Of a stretch of DNA of 64,000 nucleotides, positions 38,403-48,246 are shown one piece after another; within the stretch, counting starts at the first letter, position 1; each line of letters begins with the position of its first letter. The DNA is from Deltaproteobacteria bacterium. GTDB taxonomy: Bacteria > Myxococcota_A > Polyangia > Fen-1088. Location: contig JANRKS010000022.1 of the NCBI GenBank assembly GCA_033763315.1, positions 64,001 through 128,000 of the forward strand, in the 5' to 3' direction. A program made the position numbers and the translations under genes. The notes beneath the pieces are model-generated. The model was not told the origin of the DNA and ran no database searches. It was given only the letters and a program-made list of their open reading frames with translations.

Positions 38403-39457
38403 TTTGTGGCCTTCTTCCGTCGATCCTCGCGCGCCGCGATCTCTGATGCCAAAGCGGCAGCACGCTCGGGATTCATCAGGCCCATCACCTTGCCCGCGTC
38501 ACGCGAAGGCATCCGCTCCATCAGATCGCCGGCCAAGGTCAGCGGCAACCTTTCAGTGATCGCTGCCGCCTGCGCGGGCTTCATGCCGCGCATCGCTTTT
38601 GACAAGACCTCAAGCGGCGTGGGTGGCGTTGGGCCTTTGGGTGCGAGGGCCGACTTTGCCTCCAACGCTTTCGCCTCTTCAGTGGCCTTCGCCTCAGCCT
38701 CGACCTTCTTCGCTTGTTCCTTTTCGGCCTGCTTCTTGTTCTTGATCTCGATGGTTTGCGCGCGCACCTCGTCTAGGTAAGCCGCAAGCTTCTCGGTGTC
38801 CTGCCGCAGTTGCTTTTGTGCGATGTCCAAAGCGCCGGCCAGTTCGCCGATGCGCTCGCGCTCGCGCAACAGGTTGTTGCGTTCGATCTCGGCGGGTGAA
38901 TTCGCGATCTCCGCGTGCAAAGCTTCCAACGTCAACGAAGGCGGCGCTGTGTCCTTGCGAGTGACCGCGTGTTCATTCTTTTGCGGTACGGGGGGCGGCG
39001 GACGTTCCGCGGGCGTTTTGGGCGGCGCCGGCTCTTTGGCGTGTTCAGCCTCTGGCGCAGCGGCAGCGGCTTCGCCTGATGCCTCTGCCGCTTCAGTCTT
39101 GCCAGCCTTGTGTGCCTTTGCCTCTTTGGGGGCCTCAACCTTACCCCGTGGTGGCACCGCAGCTTTCGCCTCAACAGGGGCCTTCACTTCAGATGCGGGT
39201 GCCTTCGCGGCCGTCGCGTCAGTTTTGCTTGGCGGGGTTGCCGGCGCAGGCGCGGCCTTGGCCTCGGGCGTTTTTCCGGGCGCAGCGGGGGCCGCGGCCA
39301 CGGGCGGCGCGGGGGCCGCGGCCTCAGGTACCTTGGGCGATGCAGGTGCTTTGGCAGACGGGGCCGCGGGCGCGTCGGCGCCAAACGCCGCGCCATGCAA
39401 GTTGAGCATTGCCACCACAAACAACGCCGCGCGGGCGCTCCACGCAAAGCTACGCAT
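38399..39457 (-). CDS. MotE/FlbB/YlxF-like flagellar protein (MgtE-N-like C-terminus)
   Basis: Signal peptide, Pro/Ala linker, coiled coil, 'MRGMKPAQAAAI..LMERMPSRDAGKVMGLMNPERAAAL'; between fliI and fliK. Confidence 0.75.
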   Translation of the reverse strand: MRSFAWSARAALFVVAMLNLHGAAFGADAPAAPSAKAPASPKVPEAAAPAPPVAAAPAAPGKTPEAKAAPAPATPPSKTDATAAKAPASEVKAPVEAKAAVPPRGKVEAPKEAKAHKAGKTEAAEASGEAAAAAPEAEHAKEPAPPKTPAERPPPPVPQKNEHAVTRKDTAPPSLTLEALHAEIANSPAEIERNNLLRERERIGELAGALDIAQKQLRQDTEKLAAYLDEVRAQTIEIKNKKQAEKEQAKKVEAEAKATEEAKALEAKSALAPKGPTPPTPLEVLSKAMRGMKPAQAAAITERLPLTLAGDLMERMPSRDAGKVMGLMNPERAAALASEIAAREDRRKKATK

Positions 39458-40787
39458 AGTTGTCTTCTCCCTGTCCTTCCAACGCCCGGCGGATCTGCGA
39501 CAAGGTGTCCACCAAGTTGTAACGCTCGCTCATGCTTTGCCGAAACAGCGCTAACAGCTTTGGCACAACCTTCAATGCGCGATCGAGCCGCGGGTTCGAT
39601 CCCGCCACGTACGCGCCCACCTCCACAAGATCTGATGATTCGGCGTAAACGCCGAGCATCTCGCGCACACGTCCCGCCAGTTGCCTGTGGTCCGCCGAAA
39701 CCACGTCGTTCATCACGCGACTAACGCTGGCCAAAATATCGATGGCTGGATAGTGCCCACCGTTGGCCAACTTGCGCGACAACACCACGTGCCCATCCAG
39801 TGCCGCGCGCGCCGCATCGGCCACGGGCTCTGACATGTCATCGCCCTCCACGAGCACTGTGTACATGGCCGTGATGCTGCCCTTGCCCGCGCCGTTGCCC
39901 GCGCGTTCAACCAAGCGAGGCAGCAGCGCAAAGACAGACGGCGGGTAACCGCGCGACGTCGGTGGCTCGCCCGCCGCCAAACCAATCTCACGTTGAGCCA
40001 TCGCCACGCGGGTCAGCGAATCCAACATCAGCAACACGCGCATGCCTTGCGAGCGAAAGTATTCTGCCGCGGAAGTCGCGGCCATCGCAGCCCGCACACG
40101 CACCAAAGGCGGCTCATCCGCGGTGGCCACCACAACAACCGAACGCGATAAACCCGGGCCCAAATCACGTTCAACGAATTCACGCACCTCGCGGCCGCGC
40201 TCGCCCACCAGACCCACAACGATGATGTCGGCGCTTGCGCTGCGGGCCAACATGCCCAACAAGCTGCTTTTGCCCACGCCCGGGCCGGCCATGATGCCCA
40301 CGCGTTGACCTTCGCCGCACGTCAACACGCCGTCCATCGCACGCACGCCCGTGATCATGGGGTGTGCAATGCGTTCACGCGCCATCGGTGACGGCGGCGG
40401 CGCATTCAACGACGCCCGGCCTGGCAACACCAGCGGGGGCCCGCCGTCCATCGGCTCCATCGCTGCATTCACCACGCGCCCCAAAAGCGCCGAGCCCACC
40501 GGGATCTCGCCTGCCCGTCGACGCGGGATCACAGGGCAACCTTCGCCAATGCCGCTGATGTCGCCAAAGGGCATCAACAGCGCTTTTTGCCCAGAAAAAC
40601 CCACAACTTCGGCCACGATGGTCTTGCCACCTTTGGCACGAAGCTCACACGCTGTGCCCAACGCCACCTGCGGCAGTGTGGCTTCAATCGTGATGCCCGA
40701 CGCATGAATCACGCGCCCTGCGCGCACAACCGTTTCAGCGTCCGCCACAACCGCACGCATGCGCTTGAGATCCAACAAGCGTGTCAC
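39450..40787 (-). CDS. fliI: Flagellar export ATPase
   Basis: AGPGVGKS, GERGREVREF, DSLTRVAMAQREIG, GYPPSVF, LDGHVVLSR. Confidence 0.96.
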   Translation of the reverse strand: MTRLLDLKRMRAVVADAETVVRAGRVIHASGITIEATLPQVALGTACELRAKGGKTIVAEVVGFSGQKALLMPFGDISGIGEGCPVIPRRRAGEIPVGSALLGRVVNAAMEPMDGGPPLVLPGRASLNAPPPSPMARERIAHPMITGVRAMDGVLTCGEGQRVGIMAGPGVGKSSLLGMLARSASADIIVVGLVGERGREVREFVERDLGPGLSRSVVVVATADEPPLVRVRAAMAATSAAEYFRSQGMRVLLMLDSLTRVAMAQREIGLAAGEPPTSRGYPPSVFALLPRLVERAGNGAGKGSITAMYTVLVEGDDMSEPVADAARAALDGHVVLSRKLANGGHYPAIDILASVSRVMNDVVSADHRQLAGRVREMLGVYAESSDLVEVGAYVAGSNPRLDRALKVVPKLLALFRQSMSERYNLVDTLSQIRRALEGQGEDNYA

Positions 40788-41686
40788 GTGTCGTCTCCCG
40801 CCATCGCCTCTTGCAGCAAGCGGCGCATCTCATCTAAGCGCGTGGTGAGGCGACCGTCGACAATGCCAAAGTCCGCGTCCACCATGCAATCACCCAAAGC
40901 CAGCTCCGCGTCGGGGCTGATCTCCACCTGCACGATCGCCATCGTTGATACCGCCCTGCCTCCGCCGGCCGCTTCCACCCGTTTGGCGTCGTCAGGATGC
41001 AAGCGAACGACGATCCGCCGGCTTTCACCGGCGCGGCGAATCACCGAGCGAATGACTGAAAAAAAGCGTTCCACATTTGTGGAGAGCTCCGCTTCCAGGA
41101 TCCGGCGCGACACCAGCAACGCCAATTCCAAGGCATCCGATCGCGCTTGTTCGGCCAAACGTTCGGAGGTTAACCGCATCGCAGAAACGGCCGCTGCCAC
41201 ACGTTCAGCGAACTCAGCGGATCCAGGCGCAGGCAGTTGAACTTGAGGCACCATCGGCTCCGGTGGCGGCGCAACAACCGTCGCGGGTGGTGGGGCGTGG
41301 TCAATCGGCGCGACCTGTGACGGCACCTGTGCGGCCACCAACGCTTCAGGATCGACATCCAGAGCTTCGCCGTATCCTTCGGGCAACCCGCCTTCGCCTT
41401 CGCCGTAGCCATCATCAACAGGCTCAGCGCGCGGCGGTGCGGGTGGCGCTTGCTCGAATTGCATTGTGTGTGAAGCAGGGTTGCGCTTCGGCCCCGTGCC
41501 GCGCGTCACCAGCGAGACTTTCGGCATCGATCGATGCGGCTTCACGTCACTGCGGGGCAGTTCGGCAAACACCGCGGTTTTCGCGCGGCGTTTTGCATCG
41601 TCGCCGCGCAGAAAGTTCGGCAGCAGCGCGTCCTGCGCTTCTTCCAAGGGTTCTTGGGCAGACGTGTCGGGTCCCTCGGGTTCCAA
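40784..41686 (-). CDS. fliH: Flagellar assembly protein FliH-like
   Basis: C-terminal VRLHPDD..LALGDCMVD..GIVDGRL; position between fliG and fliI. Confidence 0.85.
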   Translation of the reverse strand: MEPEGPDTSAQEPLEEAQDALLPNFLRGDDAKRRAKTAVFAELPRSDVKPHRSMPKVSLVTRGTGPKRNPASHTMQFEQAPPAPPRAEPVDDGYGEGEGGLPEGYGEALDVDPEALVAAQVPSQVAPIDHAPPPATVVAPPPEPMVPQVQLPAPGSAEFAERVAAAVSAMRLTSERLAEQARSDALELALLVSRRILEAELSTNVERFFSVIRSVIRRAGESRRIVVRLHPDDAKRVEAAGGGRAVSTMAIVQVEISPDAELALGDCMVDADFGIVDGRLTTRLDEMRRLLQEAMAGDDT

Positions 41687-41698
41687 ACGCAGCCTCCG

Positions 41699-42730
41699 TT
41701 AAACCATCTTGTCTGCGGGGCCCACCATCGTGATGCGCCCTTGCTCCGCCAATGTGAAGGCAATCTTCACCAGCTCGGCCTGCGCTTCGTCGACGGCCGA
41801 AAGCTTCATCGCGCCCATGCTCGCCACTTCGTCGCGCAACATCTCGGCGCCACGTGTGGACATGTTCTTGAGGATCTTGTCGCGCACCGCCTCGGCCGAG
41901 CCTTTGAGAGCCACACCCAAGCGACCCGTATCCACTTCGCGCAAGAACGTTTGCACGTCGCGGTCGGATAGGTTCACCAAGTCCTCGAACGTGAACAAAC
42001 GCGAGCGCAACTCGGCCGCCAACTCTGGATCGTTCTCCTCGATCGCTTGCACGACCTCGGTTTGTTGCGCCACAGGCGCGCGACGCAACAGATCCACGGC
42101 AGCGCCGCGGCCATCGAACTGGCGCATGCCACCCGCGGCGGACGCGCGCAATTCCAACGCCAAAGCGGCCGCCACTTCCCGCAGAATTTCAGGGGAAACG
42201 GATTCAAGCGTCGCCAAGCGCGCCAAAATGGGGCCACGGTTGGACTCTGGCAAGCGGCGCATCACTTGCCCCGCCCGCTCCCGCTCCATCGCGCCTAACA
42301 CCAACGCCACGGTCTGCGGCTGTTCACGCGAAAGCACCATCGCAAGGGCTTCCGGATCCGCATTCGCGATCGGGCCCAACGCTTCGTCAACGGCTGGAGG
42401 CGCCGCCAAGCCGTCGAAGGCCCGGCTGGCGCGTTCGGCGCCCAACACCTGCATGGCCACGGCGCGCAGCATGTTGTCGCCAGCGGCGGCGTCACCACCC
42501 ACGGCTTCAAGCGCGCTTACAAATTCCTTAAGCGCCTCAGGGATGGCGTTCTTATCCTTGCGCAGCTCCTTGGCGCCCAACGCGATCTTTCGCACGGTGC
42601 CTTCTTCCAGGAAGCGGAACACTTGCGCGGCGAATTCGGGGCCGAGCCCCACCAACACCGCCGCCGCACGACACGTGCCCGGACCAGCCACTTCACGCGG
42701 GAGCTCTTCTTCGTCATCAGCTGGCAGCAC
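41699..42730 (-). CDS. fliG: Motor switch protein
   Basis: AAAVLVGLG, EQPQTVALVL, LFTFEDL, NMSTRGAEMLRDE. Confidence 0.95.
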   Translation of the reverse strand: MLPADDEEELPREVAGPGTCRAAAVLVGLGPEFAAQVFRFLEEGTVRKIALGAKELRKDKNAIPEALKEFVSALEAVGGDAAAGDNMLRAVAMQVLGAERASRAFDGLAAPPAVDEALGPIANADPEALAMVLSREQPQTVALVLGAMERERAGQVMRRLPESNRGPILARLATLESVSPEILREVAAALALELRASAAGGMRQFDGRGAAVDLLRRAPVAQQTEVVQAIEENDPELAAELRSRLFTFEDLVNLSDRDVQTFLREVDTGRLGVALKGSAEAVRDKILKNMSTRGAEMLRDEVASMGAMKLSAVDEAQAELVKIAFTLAEQGRITMVGPADKMV

Positions 42731-44330
42731 GTCGCGCCTCCTGTTGTTCGGCTTGTTCCTCGAGATCGGCTTGGATCCAGGCCTTCAGCATCAAAGCGGC
42801 GCGTTCTGGATCCTGCATTGCCAACTCGCGTGCACGGTCGCGGATGACGACGTTCGGATCGGCCAGCGCAGGACGCTCGGGAATCGTGCTTGCAACCAAG
42901 GGCTGCGCGTCTTCGATGGCACGCTCAAGTTCAGCCACAGACGTACCTGGCTTGAGCATGGCCACTTCTTTTTGCACCTCTTGCTTGGCTTTCTTGCGGC
43001 GCATTGCAAACACAATGAGTGTGCCCGCCACCAGCAAGGCCGCCAAAGCGCCCGCGCTGATCTTTGCCACAGGCGTGGTGAAGAAGTTGACGGGCTTGTT
43101 CGCGGCCGCCCCTGCAGACGACGCGAACACTTCGCTGGTGATTTGAAATTGATCGCCGCGTGCCGCGTCGAAACCGACCGCGCTTTTTGCGAGCTCGCCA
43201 AGCCGCGCCACTTCTTGCGCCGTGCGGGGCTTGCCATTGACGCCATCCAACAACACCGCAACGCTTAAGCGCTGCACGCGCGGCGTCTTCGTCACTGTGT
43301 GCGTGGACGTCTTTGAGATCTCGAAGTTGCGAACTTCGTCTTCGCGCTTGCTGGCGCCGTTTTGCAAGGCGCCGGCCGCACCAGCCACTGTGGTAAGTGG
43401 TTGGTTGGCTGCGGCACCGGCCACGCCACCGGCTGAGGGTCCGCCTTGGCCTGTTTGTTCGTTGACCACGCGCTCGCTCCGTACCGCGCTGGCCTCGGGA
43501 TCGAACTTCTCTGAGTTGCTCTCCACTTGTGACGAGTCCAACGTCACTGAGATCTTCGCCTCAACCGCTTCGGTGCCCACCGCACGCGAAAGCAGCTGCA
43601 CCACGCGGCGTTCAAGCGCTTTTTCCATCGTGCGTTGTTCATCCGAAGCTTTGGCGCCCGGGCTTTCCTCGCCCGCAAGCACAGCCCCCTGCCCGTCCAT
43701 CACTGTGACGCTTTCGGCGCGCAGGCCCGGAACGGCAGACGCCACCAAATGACGAATGCCCTGCAACTCGCGATCGCCCAACTGACGGCCTGGTTGCAGA
43801 TTCACCACCACGGCCGCCGTGGCTTCTTTGTCTTCATCGCGGTAAAGGCCGTGTTGGCCAAACGTGATGTGAACGCGTGCCGAACGCACAGAGGAAAGGC
43901 GGCCGACGGTCCGTCCCAGTTCGCCTTCAGTGGCGCGCCGCAAATTGATCTTCTGCGTGAATTCGGAGACGCCCAGATCGCCCTTGTCGAAGATCTCAAA
44001 GCCCACCCCGCCACCGCGTGGGATGCCGGAGCTGGCCAGCAACAGCCGTGCGTCGTAAACCTTGGACGCAGGCACAGCCAGCGCGGTTCCATTGGCTTCC
44101 AAGCGGAACGGCACGCCCGTGGCCTTCATCTGTGCCGCCGCTTCAGCCGCGTCTTCTGGTGTCAGGTTTGTGAAGACGTATTGGTACGTGCCACCTGACG
44201 AAAGGATCGACGCCACAATGATGGCGGTGATAAGAACGCCCACCGCCCCGACGACCGCAAGCTTCATCAGGTTCGTGAGCGCCCAAAAGCGCTTCGGCAG
44301 ATCTTTGAGCTGGTTCAGCAGCGGTTCCAC
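42717..44330 (-). CDS. fliF: MS-ring protein
   Basis: GFEIFD, EGELGRTV, ARVHI, VASAVPGL, RLSVAVLLD, AVGFDAARGD; two TM helices. Confidence 0.96.
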   Translation of the reverse strand: MEPLLNQLKDLPKRFWALTNLMKLAVVGAVGVLITAIIVASILSSGGTYQYVFTNLTPEDAAEAAAQMKATGVPFRLEANGTALAVPASKVYDARLLLASSGIPRGGGVGFEIFDKGDLGVSEFTQKINLRRATEGELGRTVGRLSSVRSARVHITFGQHGLYRDEDKEATAAVVVNLQPGRQLGDRELQGIRHLVASAVPGLRAESVTVMDGQGAVLAGEESPGAKASDEQRTMEKALERRVVQLLSRAVGTEAVEAKISVTLDSSQVESNSEKFDPEASAVRSERVVNEQTGQGGPSAGGVAGAAANQPLTTVAGAAGALQNGASKREDEVRNFEISKTSTHTVTKTPRVQRLSVAVLLDGVNGKPRTAQEVARLGELAKSAVGFDAARGDQFQITSEVFASSAGAAANKPVNFFTTPVAKISAGALAALLVAGTLIVFAMRRKKAKQEVQKEVAMLKPGTSVAELERAIEDAQPLVASTIPERPALADPNVVIRDRARELAMQDPERAALMLKAWIQADLEEQAEQQEARRAAS

Positions 44331-44333
44331 AGA

Positions 44334-44654
44334 TTAACCACCCATCCTCATGACGCTTTGATACGCCTCAAGCACCTTCGACTTGACCTTGAGCGCCAGG
44401 CGCATCGAGATGTTCGCCTTCTCAAGCGCAATCGACATCTCGTGCAGATTGCCATCGCCCATCGCGACCTTCTTCACTTCGCTGTCGGCATCCAACTGCA
44501 AGCGATCCAACTCGCCCACGGCCTTGGTCAAAACGTTGCCGAAGTTCTCGCCGCCCGGCTTGGACGCGGCTTGCACGTCGCGCAGCGATTCGGAGCGTGA
44601 GCTGCCCGAAAGGTTTTCGACGGCCAGCGATTGAATGCGGTCTTCGATGTTCAT
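44334..44654 (-). CDS. fliE: Hook-basal body protein
   Basis: LHEMSIALEKA..KVLEAYQSVMRM. Confidence 0.93.
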   Translation of the reverse strand: MNIEDRIQSLAVENLSGSSRSESLRDVQAASKPGGENFGNVLTKAVGELDRLQLDADSEVKKVAMGDGNLHEMSIALEKANISMRLALKVKSKVLEAYQSVMRMGG

Positions 44655-44662
44655 GCTTTACC

Positions 44663-45079
44663 TCAGCGCGCGATGTCCAAGGCACGCATCGCCATGCCTT
44701 TGACGGTTTCCACCGCCGTGGCATTGGCTTCATAACCGCGCGAGGCCGACATCAAGTTCACAACCTCATGGATGGGGTTGACGTTGGGAAACGTCACAAA
44801 GCCTTCGGGGTCGGCGTCGGGGTGGCCCGGGCTGTACACGCGGCGGCCTTGCGTTTGATCTTGCACCACCTGCGACACGCGCACCGCTGAAGGCCCGTCG
44901 CCATTGAGATAGGCATCAAATGGCACCGACTCAACCACAGGATCAAGCCGCTTGTAGGGCCCCCCTTGTGCCGTACGCGTGACCTCTGCGTTCGCCAGAT
45001 TGGACGAAGCCAAATTTACGCGGGCACGTTCCACTGAAAGACCCGAGCCACTGATTCGAAGAGCTGTGAAAAAGTCCAT
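44663..45079 (-). CDS. flgC: Basal-body rod protein
   Basis: SSNLANAE, GPYKR, PGHPDAD, PNVN, ASRGYEAN; ATG 45079 with AAGGAG SD. Confidence 0.96.
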   Translation of the reverse strand: MDFFTALRISGSGLSVERARVNLASSNLANAEVTRTAQGGPYKRLDPVVESVPFDAYLNGDGPSAVRVSQVVQDQTQGRRVYSPGHPDADPEGFVTFPNVNPIHEVVNLMSASRGYEANATAVETVKGMAMRALDIAR

Positions 45080-45113
45080 CGTCGCACTCCTTGCGCAAAA
45101 CTTCACGCGCGGC

Positions 45114-45524
45114 TTACGAGCCCTCGCTCACCACATATTTCAAAATCGCAAGCTTGGCGTTGGCCGCGCGTGCGTTGGCGCCGTATTGAATGGCGTTTTC
45201 GGCCATCGCCGACATCGTCGTGTCGAGATCCACTTCGTTGCCATCGAACGAGGGCGTGCCGCCGGCCACGCGATGAACAAACGAATCGACATCGGCGCCC
45301 GTTCCATTGGTTTCGCCGCTGGTGTCCATGTGCATAGGCTGCGTGTGCGCCAACGGCTGCACGTCCTGCATCGCTTGGCTCATGGCTGCCATGAAGTCGA
45401 TGTCTTTGGGCTTAAATCCCGGCGTGTCTGAGTTTGCGATGTTTCCCGACAACACACCCTGACGCGCCAGCCGCACGTCCAGCGAGCGCTCTACCTGGGT
45501 CAAAGTTGTGTCGAAAATCTTCAT
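45114..45524 (-). CDS. flgB: Basal-body rod protein
   Basis: NIANSDTPGFKPKD, DGNEVDLD. Confidence 0.96.
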   Translation of the reverse strand: MKIFDTTLTQVERSLDVRLARQGVLSGNIANSDTPGFKPKDIDFMAAMSQAMQDVQPLAHTQPMHMDTSGETNGTGADVDSFVHRVAGGTPSFDGNEVDLDTTMSAMAENAIQYGANARAANAKLAILKYVVSEGS

Positions 45525-45531
45525 GGAAACC

Positions 45532-46656
45532 TCACGCAGCTTGTTCTGCAGCCTTATCCTGCGAAGACCGTGCCACCTTCACGTCACGTTCTTGGCGGGT
45601 CACAGAGGCGCTATCGACCTCCTGTGCCACCTCCATAACCACACCCGCCTGCCGCCAGGCCTTCAGCTTGTTCCGCAGCGTGCGCAAGCTGATCCCCAGC
45701 AGGCGTGCGGCGTGCGTGCGGTTGCCAGACACCCGTCGCAACGCCTCTTGAATCGCCATGCGTTCAAGTTCGCCCAAATCGACCGGCAAAGCCCAGGTGC
45801 TGGGTGGCTTGGCGGGCGGCGCTTCAGCTTTGGCGCGTTCACTGCTGGCCGGCATACGCGGATCAAAAAAGAAGTCGCTTGACTCAAGCACCGGCTGCCG
45901 GCAACGAATGAGAGCGCGCTCAATCAGATTTCGCAGCTCGCGCACGTTACCGTCAAAGCCATAGCCGTCGAGCGTGCTGAGCGCTGACGCTGACAACACC
46001 GGCGGGGTGCGCCCCAAATCTTGCGACAAGCGATCCACGAAGTGACGCGCCAGGGCCTCGATGTCTTCCCGACGTTCACGCAAAGGCGGTATCACGATCG
46101 GAAACACACACAGCCGGTAATAAAGATCAGCGCGGAACCGTCCTGCCACGACTTCGGCGCGCAGATCCCGGTTCGAGGTTGCGACGATGCGCACATCCAC
46201 GGCCACGGGCGCGCGCCCACCCACGCGATCCACTTGCCGCTCTTGCAACACGCGCAGCAGTTTGGCTTGTAAGCCGAGCGGCAACTCCGACACTTCGTCG
46301 AGCAGAAGGGTGCCGCCGTTGGCTTGCTCAATGCGCCCGGGCCGCATTGCCGTGGCGCCCGAAAAAGCGCCCGCTTCATGGCCAAACAGCTCGCTTTCCA
46401 GCATATCTGCCGGCAAGGCCGCGCAGTTCAACGCCACCCACGGCCCGGCCACGCGCGCCGACAACTCGTGGATGAACCTCGCCACCACCTCTTTGCCCGT
46501 GCCGCTTTCACCTAACAGCAGCACCGTGGCATCCGTTTCGGCCACATCCGCCGCACAGGCCACGACGTTGCGCATGGCACCGCTGACCATCACTGGAAAG
46601 GACACGCCATTGGGTTGGCTTAAGCCCAACCCGTTTACGATCGCAACCATGCTCAA
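45532..46656 (-). CDS. sigma54 activator (AAA+ and HTH) lacking a receiver domain, FlrC/FleR position
   Basis: [14 protein letters not shown] variant, [18 protein letters not shown] '[18 protein letters not shown]'; only about 25 aa precede the AAA domain. Confidence 0.9.
   Translation of the reverse strand: MSMVAIVNGLGLSQPNGVSFPVMVSGAMRNVVACAADVAETDATVLLLGESGTGKEVVARFIHELSARVAGPWVALNCAALPADMLESELFGHEAGAFSGATAMRPGRIEQANGGTLLLDEVSELPLGLQAKLLRVLQERQVDRVGGRAPVAVDVRIVATSNRDLRAEVVAGRFRADLYYRLCVFPIVIPPLRERREDIEALARHFVDRLSQDLGRTPPVLSASALSTLDGYGFDGNVRELRNLIERALIRCRQPVLESSDFFFDPRMPASSERAKAEAPPAKPPSTWALPVDLGELERMAIQEALRRVSGNRTHAARLLGISLRTLRNKLKAWRQAGVVMEVAQEVDSASVTRQERDVKVARSSQDKAAEQAA
45560..45575 (-). 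promoter_or_regulatory. sigma54 promoter for flgB operon
   Basis: TGGCACGGTCTTCGCA = TGGCAC-N7-GC, 36 nt upstream of flgB ATG with GAGG SD between. Confidence 0.7.
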
Positions 46657-48086
46657 TCTCCCTTGTTCTCGCCCGCAAGCGGGCCCTTCGTTTTCGCATC
46701 TGCCGTCGCGGGTTTCGCGGGCGCTGACTCGTCTTTTCCGCTCAAGAACGAGTTGATCCGGGCAGATAAACCCAAAGCGGTGGCCAGCGTTTCAGCCGCA
46801 CTATCTGCCAGCGGTGGTGGTTTATCTTCTTCATTAACCTTCGGTTTGGGCGGCTCCCCACGGCGCATGAGCTTGCGCACGGCCTGCCAGCGCGCCGATC
46901 CCATTTGTTTGCGTAACCCACGCGCGTCGGCGAAATCGTAGATAACGCGCGCACGCACAGGGTCGTTGGCCATCAGGTACAGCTCTGCCGCGCGCACCAA
47001 GTGGTCTGACAGCGCGACGTCAGGCACCTCCCCTGACACGGCAGACAACAGGTTGGCGCCAAACGCAGGCGCGCTGAGTTTTGCGGCAACCTCGGCGCCT
47101 TCACGTGCCAAATCAACGGCCACAGGGCCCTTCGTGCGATCTGGCAGCAGCATGTAGACCTCCATCACCTTGCGCGCCTCATCGACGGTGACGTGACGAA
47201 GCGCGGTTAACACCAAACGCCGGCACAAAACGCCTGTGGGCAGTTGGCAAAACTTCTCGTCGTCGACGCTTTCAAAACGGCGCCGCATGGTTTCAACGGA
47301 ACGCACGAACATTCCTGCAAACGACAACGCCCGGGCGGAACGCAAAACCAGATCGTCGCGCAAAGGGCCGGGCAACGAATACGGATCAGGATCCAGCGAC
47401 GGCATATACACAATGCATTCGGGATCGAACTCGCACAGCCGCGCCGCGGAAAGGCGCCCATAAACACCCACGCGGCTGCCGAGCTCGTACCAACCTAACG
47501 CCGTTTGTGGATCGCCCGCGATGAGCGCCAGATCCCCCAAACGAACTTGCGCCAACAACAACGCATGTGAATTCAATGCCGAGCGAAACAGATTGGCAGC
47601 CTCGAGAAAACGCCCCTCGTGCAGCGCCTGCTCGGCACGCACCACCGCTCTTTCGCCGGCCCAACCATCGCCCATGTTCAGCACCTGCGGATCGAAATAG
47701 GTCACGGGTGGCCCATCGATGCCAAGCCGCCAAGGCAGCCCACGCAGTTCGTTGATGTCCAAGAACGTGTCGCGTCCCTCTTTCGTCAACACGGCGTCAA
47801 GCTGGGGCGTTTTGCAGCGCAGCTCCACATATGACTTTTCAACATGGATGTCGCTGCAGATTTGCCCGGCGGCCGCGCCGATTCGCGCGCCCAATTGAGC
47901 CACGTTTCCTGCGGTGTGCAGCCGTATCACTTGATCGAGCGGCACCACTTCCACCCTGATCGCTGAGCCAAACGGTGAAAGCTTGATGCGCTCAGCGGTG
48001 GCGGCGGTGGCCAAGCGAAGCGCGGGCGCGGGGGCACGCGATTCAGCCGGTTCCGTAAGCGCCAAGATTGTGACTAACCACCACAC
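46653..48086 (-). CDS. Exported TPR-like helical protein leading the flagellar operon
   Basis: Short hydrophobic N-terminus, TPR-like helices ([22 protein letters not shown]), Cys pairs; stop overlaps the activator start. Confidence 0.7.
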   Translation of the reverse strand: MWWLVTILALTEPAESRAPAPALRLATAATAERIKLSPFGSAIRVEVVPLDQVIRLHTAGNVAQLGARIGAAAGQICSDIHVEKSYVELRCKTPQLDAVLTKEGRDTFLDINELRGLPWRLGIDGPPVTYFDPQVLNMGDGWAGERAVVRAEQALHEGRFLEAANLFRSALNSHALLLAQVRLGDLALIAGDPQTALGWYELGSRVGVYGRLSAARLCEFDPECIVYMPSLDPDPYSLPGPLRDDLVLRSARALSFAGMFVRSVETMRRRFESVDDEKFCQLPTGVLCRRLVLTALRHVTVDEARKVMEVYMLLPDRTKGPVAVDLAREGAEVAAKLSAPAFGANLLSAVSGEVPDVALSDHLVRAAELYLMANDPVRARVIYDFADARGLRKQMGSARWQAVRKLMRRGEPPKPKVNEEDKPPPLADSAAETLATALGLSARINSFLSGKDESAPAKPATADAKTKGPLAGENKGD

Positions 48087-48099
48087 GCATGCTGTTCAA

Positions 48100-48115
48100 T
48101 GCACCCCGCGTGCCG
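48100..48115 (-). promoter_or_regulatory. sigma54 promoter at head of flagellar operon
   Basis: CGGCACGCGGGGTGCA = GGCAC-N7-GC; -12 C is 15 nt before GTG 48086. Confidence 0.65.
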
Positions 48116-48189
48116 AATTGACCGAGTGGGCGGCAATTCCTTCCACGCGCCACATGCGAGCCGCGCCCTGCCTGGTGTGGCACGGCGCC

Positions 48190-48223
48190 AAAAGCAAAAC
48201 CCGCTTCAACTCGAAGCGGGTTT
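48190..48223 (-). terminator. Rho-independent terminator after the FleQ-like gene
   Basis: Minus strand AAACCCGCTTC-gagtt-GAAGCGGGTTT-TGCTTTT. Confidence 0.7.
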
Positions 48224-48246
48224 GCCATGGAACAGCGAAATTGGCG

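Noticed and set aside
41709-43268. 519-aa plus-strand ORF
   Set aside because: Antisense shadow of fliG/fliF, common in high-GC DNA.
39450-44330. Injectisome (non-flagellar T3SS)
   Set aside because: Rod, hook, FliG and stator genes show it is flagellar.
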